Shown: positions 36,844 through 47,241 of the stretch, one piece after another
Numbering within the stretch: the first letter of the stretch is position 1
Layout of the letters: every line of letters starts with the position of its first letter
Assembly: GCA_964580285.1 (NCBI GenBank)
Contig: CAZOKB010000001.1
Location: forward strand, 9,366-73,365
Origin: an uncultured Bdellovibrionales bacterium
Lineage (GTDB): Bacteria; Patescibacteriota; Minisyncoccia; Moranbacterales; UBA1568
DNA length: 64,000 nt
Direction of reading: 5' to 3'
Notes under the pieces: model-generated
What the model was told of the DNA's origin: nothing
What the model saw: the letters and a program-made list of their open reading frames with translations, nothing else
The model's database searches: none
Program-made: the position numbers and the translations under genes

Positions 36844-38639
36844 TAATGACAGGTGAGGGGATATTTTTTATGAAACAATGGAGGATCCCTCAGGGTATGA
36901 AAAAAGAAGAAAGGCGCGGGAATCATGGTGTTTCCCGCGTTGATTTTGTTTTTATTACTTTTGTTGTATTGGGGGTCTGTTTGTTGGTGCGCTTATATAA
37001 GACGCAGGTTGTTGAACACGGGATGTGGGCGCAGCAAGCGGAAGAGCAGCGTTTAGCCACGGTAAATCTCCAGGCGGAGCGAGGAGAAATATTTTTGCGA
37101 GATACCGACGGACCGTATCCTTTGGCGGTGAATCGAGAATATATGCTGGCATATGTTGTGCCTAAAGACGTGACGGAGCCGGATACGGTAGCGCTTAAAC
37201 TCGGGGAAGCGTTGTCGGTGGATACGAAGGATATACTGGCTCGTTTGGCTGACCGGAGCGACCCCTTTGAAGTTATCAAACGAAAATTGAGTGACGATGA
37301 AGTGACTCGGGTACAAGAACTTCAGCTGAAAGGAGTGGCGCTCATGCCTGAAAAATACCGCTACTACCCAGCAGGTAACCTGGCTTCTCATATTGTAGGT
37401 TTTTCGAGTCTGGGAGAACGAGGTGGAGCTGGTGGATATGGCATTGAAGCGGCGTTTGATGATGAGCTGCGAGGTTTTTCGGCGGAGGTGAAACAGGAAC
37501 GAGATGCTGGAGGTCGCTGGATTGCTTTGTCGAATCGACCTGAGGATGCACCGAATCAAGGTGATGCTTTGGTGCTGACTATTGATCGTGTGATTCAGCA
37601 TGAGACAGAAAAAATTCTGAAGGAGGCATTGGAAAAACACAGCGCTGATTCTGCTACAGCCCTTGTGATGGATCCAGAGACAGGAAAAATCCTTTCAATG
37701 GCCACGATGCCGGATTTTAATCCTAATGAATACGCTAAGACAGAAGACTACAGTGTTTTTCTGAATCCGGCGGTGAGTTTGCCTTATGAGCCAGGATCAG
37801 TAATGAAGCCGATCACCATGGCTATTGGTATCGATGAAAAGAAAGTGGCTCCCGGAACAGAATATACCGATACGGGAGCGGTGACCGAATCTGGCTATAC
37901 CGTACGTAATTCCGAAAATAAGGTGTACGGACGGAGTACAATGACCAAAGTATTGGAGGAGTCCATTAATACTGGCATGATTTTTGTTGAACGGCAGGTG
38001 GGGCATGCAGTGTTTGCTGAACGACTGAGGCGTTTTGGTTTTGGAGAAAAAACAGGAGTGCGTCTTCCGGCAGAGGCTGCGGGAAATCTGCATAACTTGG
38101 ATGATCTGCGAATCGGGATACAGTTTTATACAGCTGCTTTTGGCCAAGGGATTACTGCTACGCCGCTGCAGATTGTCGCTGCCTATGCGGCATTGGCTAA
38201 TGGAGGAATGTTGATGCGGCCAGAAATTGTGGATGTCATCAAGCATGCAGATGGACAGCAGGAAACTATAAAACCAGAGGAGATCCGACGAGTGATCAGT
38301 AAAGAGACGAGCGTAGAGATAGGAAAAATGCTTCGGAGCGTGGTTGTGAACGGTCACGGAAAGAGGGCGGATGTACCAGGCTACGAAGTTGTCGGGAAAA
38401 CCGGTACAGCTCAGGTAGCGAAAACCGACGGTAAGGGGTATGAAGAAAACAAGACGATCGGATCTTTTGTAGGCTATGCACCCCGAGAGCATCCGCGCTT
38501 TGTTGTGCTGGTTGAGATGGTGAATCCAAAAGATGTACAGTGGGCGGAATCAAGCGCAGCCCCAACTTTTGGCCAATTGATGCGATTTTTGCTCGAATAT
38601 GCGAGAATAGAACCGACAGAGATGTCTAAGAAACCGTAA
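36840..38639 (+). CDS. ftsI: Peptidoglycan D,D-transpeptidase (class B PBP, FtsI-like)
   Basis: The transpeptidase motifs SVMK (SxxK), SIN (SxN) and KTGTA are present. A PBP dimerisation domain is also present. Confidence 0.85.
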   Translation: MIMTGEGIFFMKQWRIPQGMKKEERRGNHGVSRVDFVFITFVVLGVCLLVRLYKTQVVEHGMWAQQAEEQRLATVNLQAERGEIFLRDTDGPYPLAVNREYMLAYVVPKDVTEPDTVALKLGEALSVDTKDILARLADRSDPFEVIKRKLSDDEVTRVQELQLKGVALMPEKYRYYPAGNLASHIVGFSSLGERGGAGGYGIEAAFDDELRGFSAEVKQERDAGGRWIALSNRPEDAPNQGDALVLTIDRVIQHETEKILKEALEKHSADSATALVMDPETGKILSMATMPDFNPNEYAKTEDYSVFLNPAVSLPYEPGSVMKPITMAIGIDEKKVAPGTEYTDTGAVTESGYTVRNSENKVYGRSTMTKVLEESINTGMIFVERQVGHAVFAERLRRFGFGEKTGVRLPAEAAGNLHNLDDLRIGIQFYTAAFGQGITATPLQIVAAYAALANGGMLMRPEIVDVIKHADGQQETIKPEEIRRVISKETSVEIGKMLRSVVVNGHGKRADVPGYEVVGKTGTAQVAKTDGKGYEENKTIGSFVGYAPREHPRFVVLVEMVNPKDVQWAESSAAPTFGQLMRFLLEYARIEPTEMSKKP

Positions 38640-38648
38640 AAGCGTGTC

Positions 38649-39953
38649 ATGCGTAAGAGAATACTCGAAAACATACTCAGAATGATGGCACGGGTACTGC
38701 TGCGTAAATACCGTCCATTAGTGGTGGGTATTACCGGATCAGTGGGCAAAAGTTCGACGAAAGAGGCCGTCGGCTTGGTTTTGGCTCGCAGGTATAGCGT
38801 TCAGGTAGCGGAGGGGAATTATAATAATGAGATCGGTATACCACTTTCTGTTATGGGCGCAAAAAGCGGAGGGCGTTCGGTGTGGCGCTGGGCGTTAGTG
38901 TTTGTCCGCTGGTTTGGGTATGTGGTGCTGCCGCTCCGGTATCCGGAAGTACTGGTACTCGAAATGGGAATCGATCACCCGGGAGATATGGAATACCTGC
39001 TCTCGTTTGTGCCGGTGGATATTGGGATTTTTACTCAGGTATCCGGGAGTCACGCGGCACATTTTGGTTCTTTAGCGAATATTGCTCGAGAGAAAGGGAA
39101 ACTTATTACTGGTCTGCCAGCATCTGGGTTTGCAATTTTAAATGCTGATGATGAACGAGTGATGCGTTTTCAAGAAAAAACCAAAGCGAAAACGATAACC
39201 TTTGGTTTTGGTGATAAAGCGGATGTACGAGCCGAGCATGTTGTATTGGAACCAGAGGCAAGATTGGTGAAGGGAATTACATTCAAGATGAATTATCGAG
39301 GAAAATCTTTACCGGTACGTTTACCAAAAATCGTCGCCGCGCACCATGTATCAGCCGCGCTGGCTGCTGCTGCTGTGGGGATTGCTCTGAAAATAAATCC
39401 CGTCGAAATAGTTGACGCATTGGCTTCTTTCGAACCTTTGCCGGGGCGGATGCGTTTATTGCCAGGAGTACGTGGAAGCATTCTTTTAGACGATACCTAT
39501 AATGCTTCACCTACCTCAACAACAGCAGCCTTGACGGTCTTACAGGCCCTCCGTGCCGAAAGAAAAATAGTAGTGCTGGGGGATATGCTCGAGCTGGGTA
39601 ATGAAGCGGATATGCGACATCGAGAACTTTTTCCTTGGGTCGAGCGTTCAGGAGCTGAACGTATTGTTTTGGTAGGGCAACACATGCGTGCTTTGTGCCG
39701 GACTTTGATTGAAGCGGGATGGTCGGAAGAACAGGTGTTTTGGTTTGAACAGAGCGATATGGCGGCAGCCTTTGTGGTGACGCTGGTACAGGATGGAGAT
39801 CTTGTCTTGATTAAGGGATCGCGTGGGATACGAATGGAATGGGTATCCGAGAAACTTTTGTTTGATCCGAATGAAGCTAAAAATTTTCTCTGTTGCCAGT
39901 CCTCTGAATGGCGTAATCATCCTTTTGTTCCTCCGGCGGAGTGGATGGGTTGA
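38649..39953 (+). CDS. murF: UDP-N-acetylmuramoyl-tripeptide--D-alanyl-D-alanine ligase
   Basis: The Mur ligase P-loop GITGSVGKSSTKE is present. The MurF-typical YNNEIGIP motif is present. The length is about 430 aa. Confidence 0.75.
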   Translation: MRKRILENILRMMARVLLRKYRPLVVGITGSVGKSSTKEAVGLVLARRYSVQVAEGNYNNEIGIPLSVMGAKSGGRSVWRWALVFVRWFGYVVLPLRYPEVLVLEMGIDHPGDMEYLLSFVPVDIGIFTQVSGSHAAHFGSLANIAREKGKLITGLPASGFAILNADDERVMRFQEKTKAKTITFGFGDKADVRAEHVVLEPEARLVKGITFKMNYRGKSLPVRLPKIVAAHHVSAALAAAAVGIALKINPVEIVDALASFEPLPGRMRLLPGVRGSILLDDTYNASPTSTTAALTVLQALRAERKIVVLGDMLELGNEADMRHRELFPWVERSGAERIVLVGQHMRALCRTLIEAGWSEEQVFWFEQSDMAAAFVVTLVQDGDLVLIKGSRGIRMEWVSEKLLFDPNEAKNFLCCQSSEWRNHPFVPPAEWMG

Positions 39954-40006
39954 AACAGGAGTGTTGGTGAGAGGTCGGGCTATATAATTTTTTTCGGAAT
40001 GCTAGT

Positions 40007-40927
40007 ATGGATATTTTCTCGATGGTGCTCATCGTTATTGGTCTCGTGCTGTTTGAGTCGATATCGAGTATCGATAATGCCATCATCAATGCGGATGTCC
40101 TTTCAACGATGGGGGCGAAGGCTCGCCGATTTTTTGTGACGTGGGGGGTATTCATCGCGGTCTTTCTGGTCCGAGGGCTCTTGCCGTGGGTCATCGTCTG
40201 GGCGACGGTTCCGAGTCTTGGGTTCATCGGGGCGTTTACAGCTATGTTCTCGAATGATCCGGGTGTGCATGGAGCGATTGAAGTGGCTGCACCTATCCTG
40301 CTCATGGGCGGCGGTGTTTTCCTTCTATTCTTGTTCCTGCATTGGATATTTCTGGAAGACAAATGTATCGGGTTCCACTGTGAGCGCTTCGCAGAACGGC
40401 ATGGAGTGTGGTTTTATGCGATCGTCTCGATGACGCTCTCTATGATCGTTTGGTATGCGTTGCAGCAGAATCCAATGGTGGCCTTCGGGGCTGTGGTGGG
40501 ATCAACAATGTTCTTCATCACGCATGGTTTTAGGCTGCAGGCTGAGAAGGCGGAAGAGGAACTCAAGTCATCCTCTCTATCTGATTGGAGCAAAATTCTT
40601 TTTCTCGAGGTCATCGATCTCTCGTTCTCGATTGATGGAGTGCTTGGTGCTTTCGCCTTCACGATGTCGGTCCCGCTCATCCTGATCGGCAATGGTATCG
40701 GGGCAATCATCGTCCGGCAGCTGACACTCATGAATGTCGAGCGGGTGAAGCGGTATGTCTATCTTAAGAACGGAGCCATGTATTCCATCCTCATACTGGG
40801 AAGTATCATGGTGTTGGAGGGATTCCGGGTGCATGTGCCCGAGTGGCTGGCGCCGGTGGCGACGATCCTGATCATCGGATATTTCTTCGCTCGTTCTAAG
40901 CGGGAAATCCGTCTCGCGGCAAATTGA
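40007..40927 (+). CDS. TerC/DUF475-like integral membrane protein
   Basis: The SIDNAIINA motif occurs in a TM helix. About 8 TM helices are predicted. Confidence 0.5.
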   Translation: MDIFSMVLIVIGLVLFESISSIDNAIINADVLSTMGAKARRFFVTWGVFIAVFLVRGLLPWVIVWATVPSLGFIGAFTAMFSNDPGVHGAIEVAAPILLMGGGVFLLFLFLHWIFLEDKCIGFHCERFAERHGVWFYAIVSMTLSMIVWYALQQNPMVAFGAVVGSTMFFITHGFRLQAEKAEEELKSSSLSDWSKILFLEVIDLSFSIDGVLGAFAFTMSVPLILIGNGIGAIIVRQLTLMNVERVKRYVYLKNGAMYSILILGSIMVLEGFRVHVPEWLAPVATILIIGYFFARSKREIRLAAN

Positions 40928-41004
40928 CAAACCAGGGGCTCGGGGTACAATACGGAGAGGAGGCGATAGCTTTCCGCTAACGGTTAATCGGTGATAGTAA
41001 GCCT

Positions 41005-41361
41005 ATGACGGACAATATGATGGACAGGGAATTCGTCGAGTATGTGGTGAAGATGCTCGTGGATAATCCGGAAGATGTGAAGGTGGAGCGGAAGATCGAT
41101 GAGATGGGTGTGCTGATTACGCTTGATGTGAATCCGAAAGATATGGGTATGGTGATCGGCCGCGAGGGTATGACGGCCAAGGCATTGCGTACCTTGCTCC
41201 GAGTTATCGGGGCACGTAATAATGCTCGTGTCAATCTGAAGATCAATGAGCCGGAAGGATCGGATCGGGGGCATCGCGAACCGCGTGAAGAGAAGCCGGT
41301 GTCAGTGGAGGAGCCGACCAAGCGTTCGCTCGATGATGTGATGAATGAAATTCAGGGATAA
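41005..41361 (+). CDS. KH-domain RNA-binding protein (YlqC/UPF0109 family)
   Basis: The KH motif VIGREGMTAKALRTLLRVIG is present. Confidence 0.75.
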   Translation: MTDNMMDREFVEYVVKMLVDNPEDVKVERKIDEMGVLITLDVNPKDMGMVIGREGMTAKALRTLLRVIGARNNARVNLKINEPEGSDRGHREPREEKPVSVEEPTKRSLDDVMNEIQG

Positions 41362-41407
41362 AGCTAAAAAATAAACCGTTCCAGACGATGGGGCGGTTTT
41401 TTGTTTG

Positions 41408-41416
41408 TGTTACAAT
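41408..41416 (+). promoter_or_regulatory. Extended -10 element TGtTACAAT upstream of rmlC
   Basis: The sequence ttTGTGTTACAATgg lies about 35 nt upstream of the ATG at 41450. Confidence 0.35.
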
Positions 41417-41449
41417 GGCAGAGAAACGTCGCGCACGCCTTTTTACCTT

Positions 41450-41989
41450 ATGGAAGTACAAACTTTTGCAATTGAAGGATTGAAATTGTTTATACCACGC
41501 GTGTTCAGTGATGCTCGCGGATATTTCTTTGAATCATTTCAGCGAGAACGCTACCGAGAACATGGAGTTCCTGTCGATGATCTTCTGCAAGAGAATGTTT
41601 CAAGATCTTCTCGGAATGTCTTGCGAGGGTTGCATTTCCAACGGCCGCCGATGGCACAGGGGAAATTTGTGCAGGTGTTGTACGGGCGGGTGATAGATGT
41701 AGCGGTAGATCTGCGGCCTGATTCTCAGACGTATGGAAAGCACGTGATGGTAGAACTTTCAGAAGAGAATCATGCTCAGTTTTGGGTTCCAGCCGGATTC
41801 GCTCATGGATTCTTGGCGCTTGAGGATGAAACCGTATTTACTTATAAGGTAACCGCCCTGTACTCTCCGGAACATGATGGTGGGGTACTCTGGAACGATC
41901 CAGACCTGGGTATACAGTGGCCAGTGAAAAACCCGGTAGTTTCAGAAAAAGATGCGAGACTACCTTTGTTCAAAGATTTGCCTCGTTAA
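41450..41989 (+). CDS. rmlC: dTDP-4-dehydrorhamnose 3,5-epimerase
   Basis: The RmlC cupin motifs are present (SDARGYFFESF, LRGLHFQ, FWVPAGFAHGF). Confidence 0.85.
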   Translation: MEVQTFAIEGLKLFIPRVFSDARGYFFESFQRERYREHGVPVDDLLQENVSRSSRNVLRGLHFQRPPMAQGKFVQVLYGRVIDVAVDLRPDSQTYGKHVMVELSEENHAQFWVPAGFAHGFLALEDETVFTYKVTALYSPEHDGGVLWNDPDLGIQWPVKNPVVSEKDARLPLFKDLPR

Positions 41990-42012
41990 ATACATCAATA
42001 TTTTTTCCGATT

Positions 42013-43017
42013 ATGAAGCTACTTATCACGGGGGGAGCGGGATTTATCGGTTCGAATTTTATTCACTTTATTCTCGAAAACAACCCGGAGATTTCGGTGA
42101 TTAACCTGGATGCGCTTACGTATGCGGGCAATCTGGAAAACGTGAAGCGCTGGGATGGCGATGCACGCTACCGGTTTGTGAAGGGAGATATCTGTGATGC
42201 GACTCTGGTGGATACTCTCGTACCAGGAGTGGATACGATCGTGCACTTTGCGGCTGAGTCACATGTCGATCGTTCGATCCTTGGACCAGAAGCCTTTGTC
42301 CGAACGAATGTCTTTGGGACGTTTACTCTTTTGGAAGCAGCGAGAAAACATGGGAATAAGCGCTTTCACCACGTCTCGACTGATGAAGTCTTTGGGGCGT
42401 TGAAACCGGAAGATGAGCCGTTCAGTGAAACAACCCCGTACGATCCACGCAGTCCCTATAGCGCGTCCAAGGCGAGTTCGGACCATCTCGTACGAGCCTA
42501 TTTCCATACCTACGGCTTGCCGATCACGATTTCCAATTGCTCGAATAATTACGGGCCGTATCACTTTCCGGAGAAGCTGATCCCGCTCGCGATTACTAAT
42601 CTTGTGGAAGGGAAACCTGTGCCGGTGTATGGCGATGGCCAGCAGGTACGTGATTGGCTCTATGTCGAAGATCATGCTCGTGCCATTGCGCTCATTCTCG
42701 AGAAAGGAAAAATCGGTGAAACCTACTGTGTGGGCGGCAATGGTGAACGCGAAAATCTTTGGATTGTGAAACAGTTGCTTGCGTTGCTCGGGCAGGATGA
42801 AAGTGTGATCGAATACGTTAAAGATCGAGCGGGGCATGATCGTCGTTACGCGATCAATTTTGACAAGATCAAGCATGAGCTCGGCTGGGAACCGTCAGTA
42901 GATCTGGAAACCGGACTTGTAAAAACAGTGAAATGGTTCAAAGAAAATGAGAGTTGGTGGAAAAACGTAAAGAGCGGGGAATATCAGAAATATTACGAGA
43001 CTCAGTATGGAAAGTAA
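42013..43017 (+). CDS. rmlB: dTDP-glucose 4,6-dehydratase
   Basis: The Rossmann motif ITGGAGFIGSNF and the SDR catalytic motif YSASK are present. The start is at MKLLITGG and overlaps the rmlC end. Confidence 0.9.
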   Translation: MKLLITGGAGFIGSNFIHFILENNPEISVINLDALTYAGNLENVKRWDGDARYRFVKGDICDATLVDTLVPGVDTIVHFAAESHVDRSILGPEAFVRTNVFGTFTLLEAARKHGNKRFHHVSTDEVFGALKPEDEPFSETTPYDPRSPYSASKASSDHLVRAYFHTYGLPITISNCSNNYGPYHFPEKLIPLAITNLVEGKPVPVYGDGQQVRDWLYVEDHARAIALILEKGKIGETYCVGGNGERENLWIVKQLLALLGQDESVIEYVKDRAGHDRRYAINFDKIKHELGWEPSVDLETGLVKTVKWFKENESWWKNVKSGEYQKYYETQYGK

Positions 43018-43882
43018 GCGAAGAGTGTTGATACTCGGGGCGAAGGGGATGCTGGGGCAAGAGCTCGTGCGGGTGTACCAGGAGGACGAGGCGTACGAAG
43101 TGGCGGCGTGGGATATCGAGGATATTGATGTCACGGATTTTTCTGGAGCGGAAAAGAAGATCCGGGAGTGTGATCCGGCACTCATCGTGAATGCGGTGGC
43201 GTACAATGCCGTGGATCAGTGTGAAGAAAACGAAGAGGAATACCAGAAAGCGCTTCTCTTGAATGCCGAGGTGCCAAAGTTCTTGGCTGAGTTGGCCAAG
43301 AAGATCGAGGCGGCATTCATCCACTACTCAACCGACTACGTGTTTGATGGGGAGAGTGAACAGGGATATGCGGAAGATGCTTTACCGCGGCCACTCTCGA
43401 AATACGGGATGAGTAAATGGGAAGGAGAAAAAAATGTGATTGCGGTGGGTGGCTATGTTTATGTTATCCGGCTTTCCAAGCTCTTCGGTAAGCCGGCATC
43501 ATCCGCAATCGGTAAGAAGAGTTTTTTTGAAAAGATGCTCGAGATTGCCAGAGAGAAAAAAGAAGTGACGGTAGTAGATGATGAAAAAAGTTGTTTTACC
43601 TACGCGCCGGATTTGGCGCTCGCGAGCAAGGTGCTGGAGCAGCACGTGGCGCCCTACGGCATCTACCATCTCGTCAACGAAGGAACGGTGACCTGGTATG
43701 AAGCGGCACAAGAGCTCTTCCGATTGGCCGGCGTATCAGTAGCCGTGAAGCCGGTCGCTCCCGAAGCTTTTCCTCGTCCAGCCCAGCGGCCGCGCTGCTC
43801 CGAGCTCTTGAATATGAAATTCATCCCGCTCCGCCCGTATACGGAAGCGCTCGAAGAATTTCTGAAGCAGCGGGAGGCGTGA
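43007..43882 (+). CDS. rmlD: dTDP-4-dehydrorhamnose reductase
   Basis: The motif ILGAKGMLG is present. The Y-x3-K motif appears as YGMSK. Confidence 0.85.
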   Translation: MESKRRVLILGAKGMLGQELVRVYQEDEAYEVAAWDIEDIDVTDFSGAEKKIRECDPALIVNAVAYNAVDQCEENEEEYQKALLLNAEVPKFLAELAKKIEAAFIHYSTDYVFDGESEQGYAEDALPRPLSKYGMSKWEGEKNVIAVGGYVYVIRLSKLFGKPASSAIGKKSFFEKMLEIAREKKEVTVVDDEKSCFTYAPDLALASKVLEQHVAPYGIYHLVNEGTVTWYEAAQELFRLAGVSVAVKPVAPEAFPRPAQRPRCSELLNMKFIPLRPYTEALEEFLKQREA

Positions 43883-43974
43883 TGATTTTTATGGAAATAA
43901 AACAGCCCTGGGATACCTGTGCGTGTTGCACATGGTATCCGCAGGGCGGTAGACAGCGGTAGCAGTTGGGCTGA

Positions 43975-44520
43975 TCAGTGGATCAGATGCTGCGGATTGT
44001 TGAGGCCGTAGAGGATGATTCGGCCGAGATGCGCCGGCATGTTGCCGGTCGGTGTGTCGCGCTGGACTTCTATTTTGCAGTTATCGAACCTAGAGTAGGG
44101 ATAACCACCACCTATGGTACGTACGAGAGACAAAACGTTAATCTGGTATCCATGAAGGGATTGGCTAGCGTTTTGTTCGACCAGGAATGCGAACTTGATT
44201 TCCGGTCGCAGAGTGCCTGGCATATCGACGACACAGAGTACGAGGTCGTTCGGTTGAACAGTCTTGAGTGTTTCCAAATTCTGTGCCTGATAGGAGACCG
44301 GCGCTGATGTCGCGTTGGGCTGCGATGCCCAATTGATAGCAGCGATGATGATCATTGCTGCTATGGCTACGCCGATGACGGCGAGTGGTATGAGGTATGG
44401 CAACAGTGAGTCAGGCTTCTTGATAAACATGAGCATCTCCTTCAGGTAATTGTGGAATGACTCAGTGATTTTTCCAGACAACCTTGATTGCTGGGAAGAT
44501 GAAACCGCACGTAAACGCAA
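43975..44520 (-). CDS. Hypothetical membrane-anchored protein
   Basis: One TM helix is followed by an extracytoplasmic domain. The start is probably one of the internal Met codons, MLMFIKK at 44436. Confidence 0.4.
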   Translation of the reverse strand: MRLRAVSSSQQSRLSGKITESFHNYLKEMLMFIKKPDSLLPYLIPLAVIGVAIAAMIIIAAINWASQPNATSAPVSYQAQNLETLKTVQPNDLVLCVVDMPGTLRPEIKFAFLVEQNASQSLHGYQINVLSLVRTIGGGYPYSRFDNCKIEVQRDTPTGNMPAHLGRIILYGLNNPQHLIH

Positions 44521-44737
44521 CTGGTCCGCCGAGAATGAGAAACGACAGGGTGGGAACCGGGATACCTTGGCCCATGGCGATGAGCCACAGGAGACATGCT
44601 AGGAAAAACCAGTGCACAGCCGGCATGCCAGTAACTTTCAGTTGACTTTTTTCCATCGGCCGCTGAGTCAACCAGCCGAAGATGCCGATGATGAATAGGA
44701 TGGCGACGACGAAGACGGTTGCAAGCAGTGAAGACAT
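44462..44737 (-). CDS. Small hydrophobic membrane protein (91 aa)
   Basis: Three TM helices are predicted. No homology is recognised. Confidence 0.3.
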   Translation of the reverse strand: MSSLLATVFVVAILFIIGIFGWLTQRPMEKSQLKVTGMPAVHWFFLACLLWLIAMGQGIPVPTLSFLILGGPVAFTCGFIFPAIKVVWKNH

Positions 44738-44924
44738 GAGAATCTCCTCTCAGATCCGGATTGGTCCTCCGGAGTGGGTTGTTAAGCTACAAAATCTAGA
44801 TTTCTCTAGAAATTACATTTTAGCATAAATACTTGAAAAAGTCAATGGTGTAGGAAAGACGGTTTTTTGCTACCATTGAGGTGTTTTTTGGTGCGGAATT
44901 TAATCATTTCTGATGTTCTGAATT

Positions 44925-46178
44925 ATGAAGCATGATCTTCTGAAGAAGGCGGATAAGCAGGTGTATGCAGCGGTGATAGGTGAAGAAAAACGGCAGGAGG
45001 AGGGGCTTGAGATGATCGCTTCGGAGAACTATGTTTCGAAAGCGGTGCTCGAAGCGCTCGGAACGGTGTTTACGAACAAGTATTCCGAAGGCTATCCGGG
45101 ACGGCGCTACTATGGTGGACAAGAATATACAGATGTTGTTGAGACCTTGGCGATTGAGCGAGTGAAGAAACTCTTTGGAGCCGAACATGCTAATGCCCAG
45201 CCACACTCTGGTGCCCAAGCTAACTTAGCGGTGTACGCAGCGCTCTTGGAACCGGGAGATACGGTGCTTGGTATGGATCTTTCCCATGGTGGGCACTTGA
45301 CCCACGGGCATCCGGTGACACTGCCGGCCAAGGTGTATAATTTTGTCCGCTACAAAACAGAACCGGATGGCACGATCGATTATAAGAAACTCGAGGCGTT
45401 AGCTAAAGAGGTGAAGCCAAAGCTGATGCTGGCGGGTTTCTCTTCCTATACTCGGCAAATTGATTATGAAAAATTCGTGAAGATTGCCAAGAAGGTGAAG
45501 GCGCTCACCATGATGGACATGGCGCATATTGCCGGTCTCGTAGCCGGAAAAGCATTGCCAAACCCAGTCGAATACTTTGATGTTGTCACAGCGACAACGC
45601 ATAAGACTTTACGTGGACCACGGGGAGGGCTCATTCTCTGTCGCGAAAAATACGCAAGCGCAATCAATAAGGCGGTGTTTCCGGGAACACAGGGTGGGCC
45701 GCATATGCACGTGGTGGCTGCTAAGGCAGTAGCCTTTGGGGAAGCTCTGAAGCCAGACTTTAAGAAGTATGCCAAGCAGATTCTCAAGAATGCGAAAGTG
45801 CTCGAGAAGGAATTAACTAAGGCGGGAGCGCAGATCTTGTTTGGTGGAACAGAAAACCATATGCTGGTGATCGACACGGTGGCGAGTTACGGTCTTTCTG
45901 GGAAAGAAGCAGAACACCGGCTGGATGCGATCGGTATCACCGTGAACAAGAATGTGATTCCGGATGATCCGCGCGGACCACTCGATCCATCGGGACTACG
46001 GATTGGTGTGCCGGCGATCACGACGCGCGGAATGAAAGAAGCTGAGACTCGATTGATTGCTCGTGCAATAGCGCGTATGTTGCAGGTATCGGCGGATGAC
46101 AAGGAATATAAGCGGCTCTGCACGGCGCTCCGCAAGGAAATCATGCAACTGTGCAAGCAGTTCCCATTGTATAAGTGA
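44925..46178 (+). CDS. glyA: Serine hydroxymethyltransferase
   Basis: The PLP-Lys region TTHKTLRGPRGG and the typical length confirm the call. Confidence 0.95.
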   Translation: MKHDLLKKADKQVYAAVIGEEKRQEEGLEMIASENYVSKAVLEALGTVFTNKYSEGYPGRRYYGGQEYTDVVETLAIERVKKLFGAEHANAQPHSGAQANLAVYAALLEPGDTVLGMDLSHGGHLTHGHPVTLPAKVYNFVRYKTEPDGTIDYKKLEALAKEVKPKLMLAGFSSYTRQIDYEKFVKIAKKVKALTMMDMAHIAGLVAGKALPNPVEYFDVVTATTHKTLRGPRGGLILCREKYASAINKAVFPGTQGGPHMHVVAAKAVAFGEALKPDFKKYAKQILKNAKVLEKELTKAGAQILFGGTENHMLVIDTVASYGLSGKEAEHRLDAIGITVNKNVIPDDPRGPLDPSGLRIGVPAITTRGMKEAETRLIARAIARMLQVSADDKEYKRLCTALRKEIMQLCKQFPLYK

Positions 46179-46192
46179 ACATTTTTCTCGGG

Positions 46193-46282
46193 GGTTTTTG
46201 GGTTACGAAGGCAGATTTTCCCCTCGCTATCGCCTCGGAAGTCTCGGGCAGCAGGGAAAACCTCTTTCGCAACCCAAAAGCA
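46193..46282 (+). repeat. Dispersed hairpin element, copy 5
   Basis: The core is CTCGCTATCGCCTCGGAAGTCTCGGGC. The arm tttttgggttacgaaggcagattttccc pairs with gggaaaacctctttcgcaacccaaaag. Relative to copy 1 there is a compensatory CC:GG to TT:AA change. Confidence 0.8.
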
Positions 46283-46376
46283 ATCCTTTATCAAGCATGA
46301 TAATTTATGAGGGGAGAAAAAAATGCTGATGAATCTCTAGGAAGCTAGGCAGCTAAAAACTAAGCAGCTATCAAAT

Positions 46377-47165
46377 ATGAAAGGCATTATTCTCGCGGGC
46401 GGTACTGGGACCCGGCTCCTGCCGCTCACGTCGATTATCTCGAAGCAGCTCCTGCCGGTGTACGATCGTCAGATGATCTTCTATCCGATCAACACGCTCA
46501 TCACGGCGGGTATCACGGATATTCTCATCGTCGTCTCGCCGGCCAACTCGGGTGACTATCTCAATCTGCTCGGTTCTATGTTTCAGAAACAGGGTGTCCG
46601 GATCTCGTTCGTGGTGCAGAAGCGACCAGGAGGGCTACCTGAGGCATTTATTCTGGGCGAGGATTTTCTGGATGGCGGTCCGGCCACACTCGTACTCGGT
46701 GACAATATCTTTGAAGACGATTTTTCCGAGGCGATACGGACATTCGAATCAGGGGGGCGGATTTTTGCGAAGGAGGTGTCTGATCCGGAGCGCTTTGGTG
46801 TGGTGGAGTTCGACGCTGACGGGAAAGTGCTTTCTATTGAGGAAAAGCCATCAGTACCCAAGAGCCGCTTCGCTATTCCGGGAGTGTATATTTTTGATGG
46901 TAATGTTTCAAAGGTGGCTCAAACGCTTACTCCTTCAGGGCGCGGAGAATTGGAAATCGTGGATATCCATACACACTATCTCAATCAAGGGACATTGGAT
47001 GTTCGATCAATATCTGGGGCTTGGTTTGATACTGGGACGCATGATGCTTTGCTTGAGGCAAGCGTGTATGTGAAAGAGAAAAAGATGGGAGAAGCCTTTC
47101 ATCCTCTAGTGAATGCAGCGATCAAAGAATTTAATGCGGAATGGAAGAAGCTCGTTTCTCTCTAA
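46377..47165 (+). CDS. rmlA: Glucose-1-phosphate thymidylyltransferase (short form)
   Basis: The motif GIILAGGTGTRLLPLT is present and nucleotidyltransferase motifs are present. The length is 262 aa. Confidence 0.8.
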   Translation: MKGIILAGGTGTRLLPLTSIISKQLLPVYDRQMIFYPINTLITAGITDILIVVSPANSGDYLNLLGSMFQKQGVRISFVVQKRPGGLPEAFILGEDFLDGGPATLVLGDNIFEDDFSEAIRTFESGGRIFAKEVSDPERFGVVEFDADGKVLSIEEKPSVPKSRFAIPGVYIFDGNVSKVAQTLTPSGRGELEIVDIHTHYLNQGTLDVRSISGAWFDTGTHDALLEASVYVKEKKMGEAFHPLVNAAIKEFNAEWKKLVSL

Positions 47166-47241
47166 AGGTGAACTCAAAAAAAGAAAGGGCCCGGAACAAT
47201 ATGCTTGTTTCGGGCCTTTGTTTTGCGCGCATGCGGATTAC

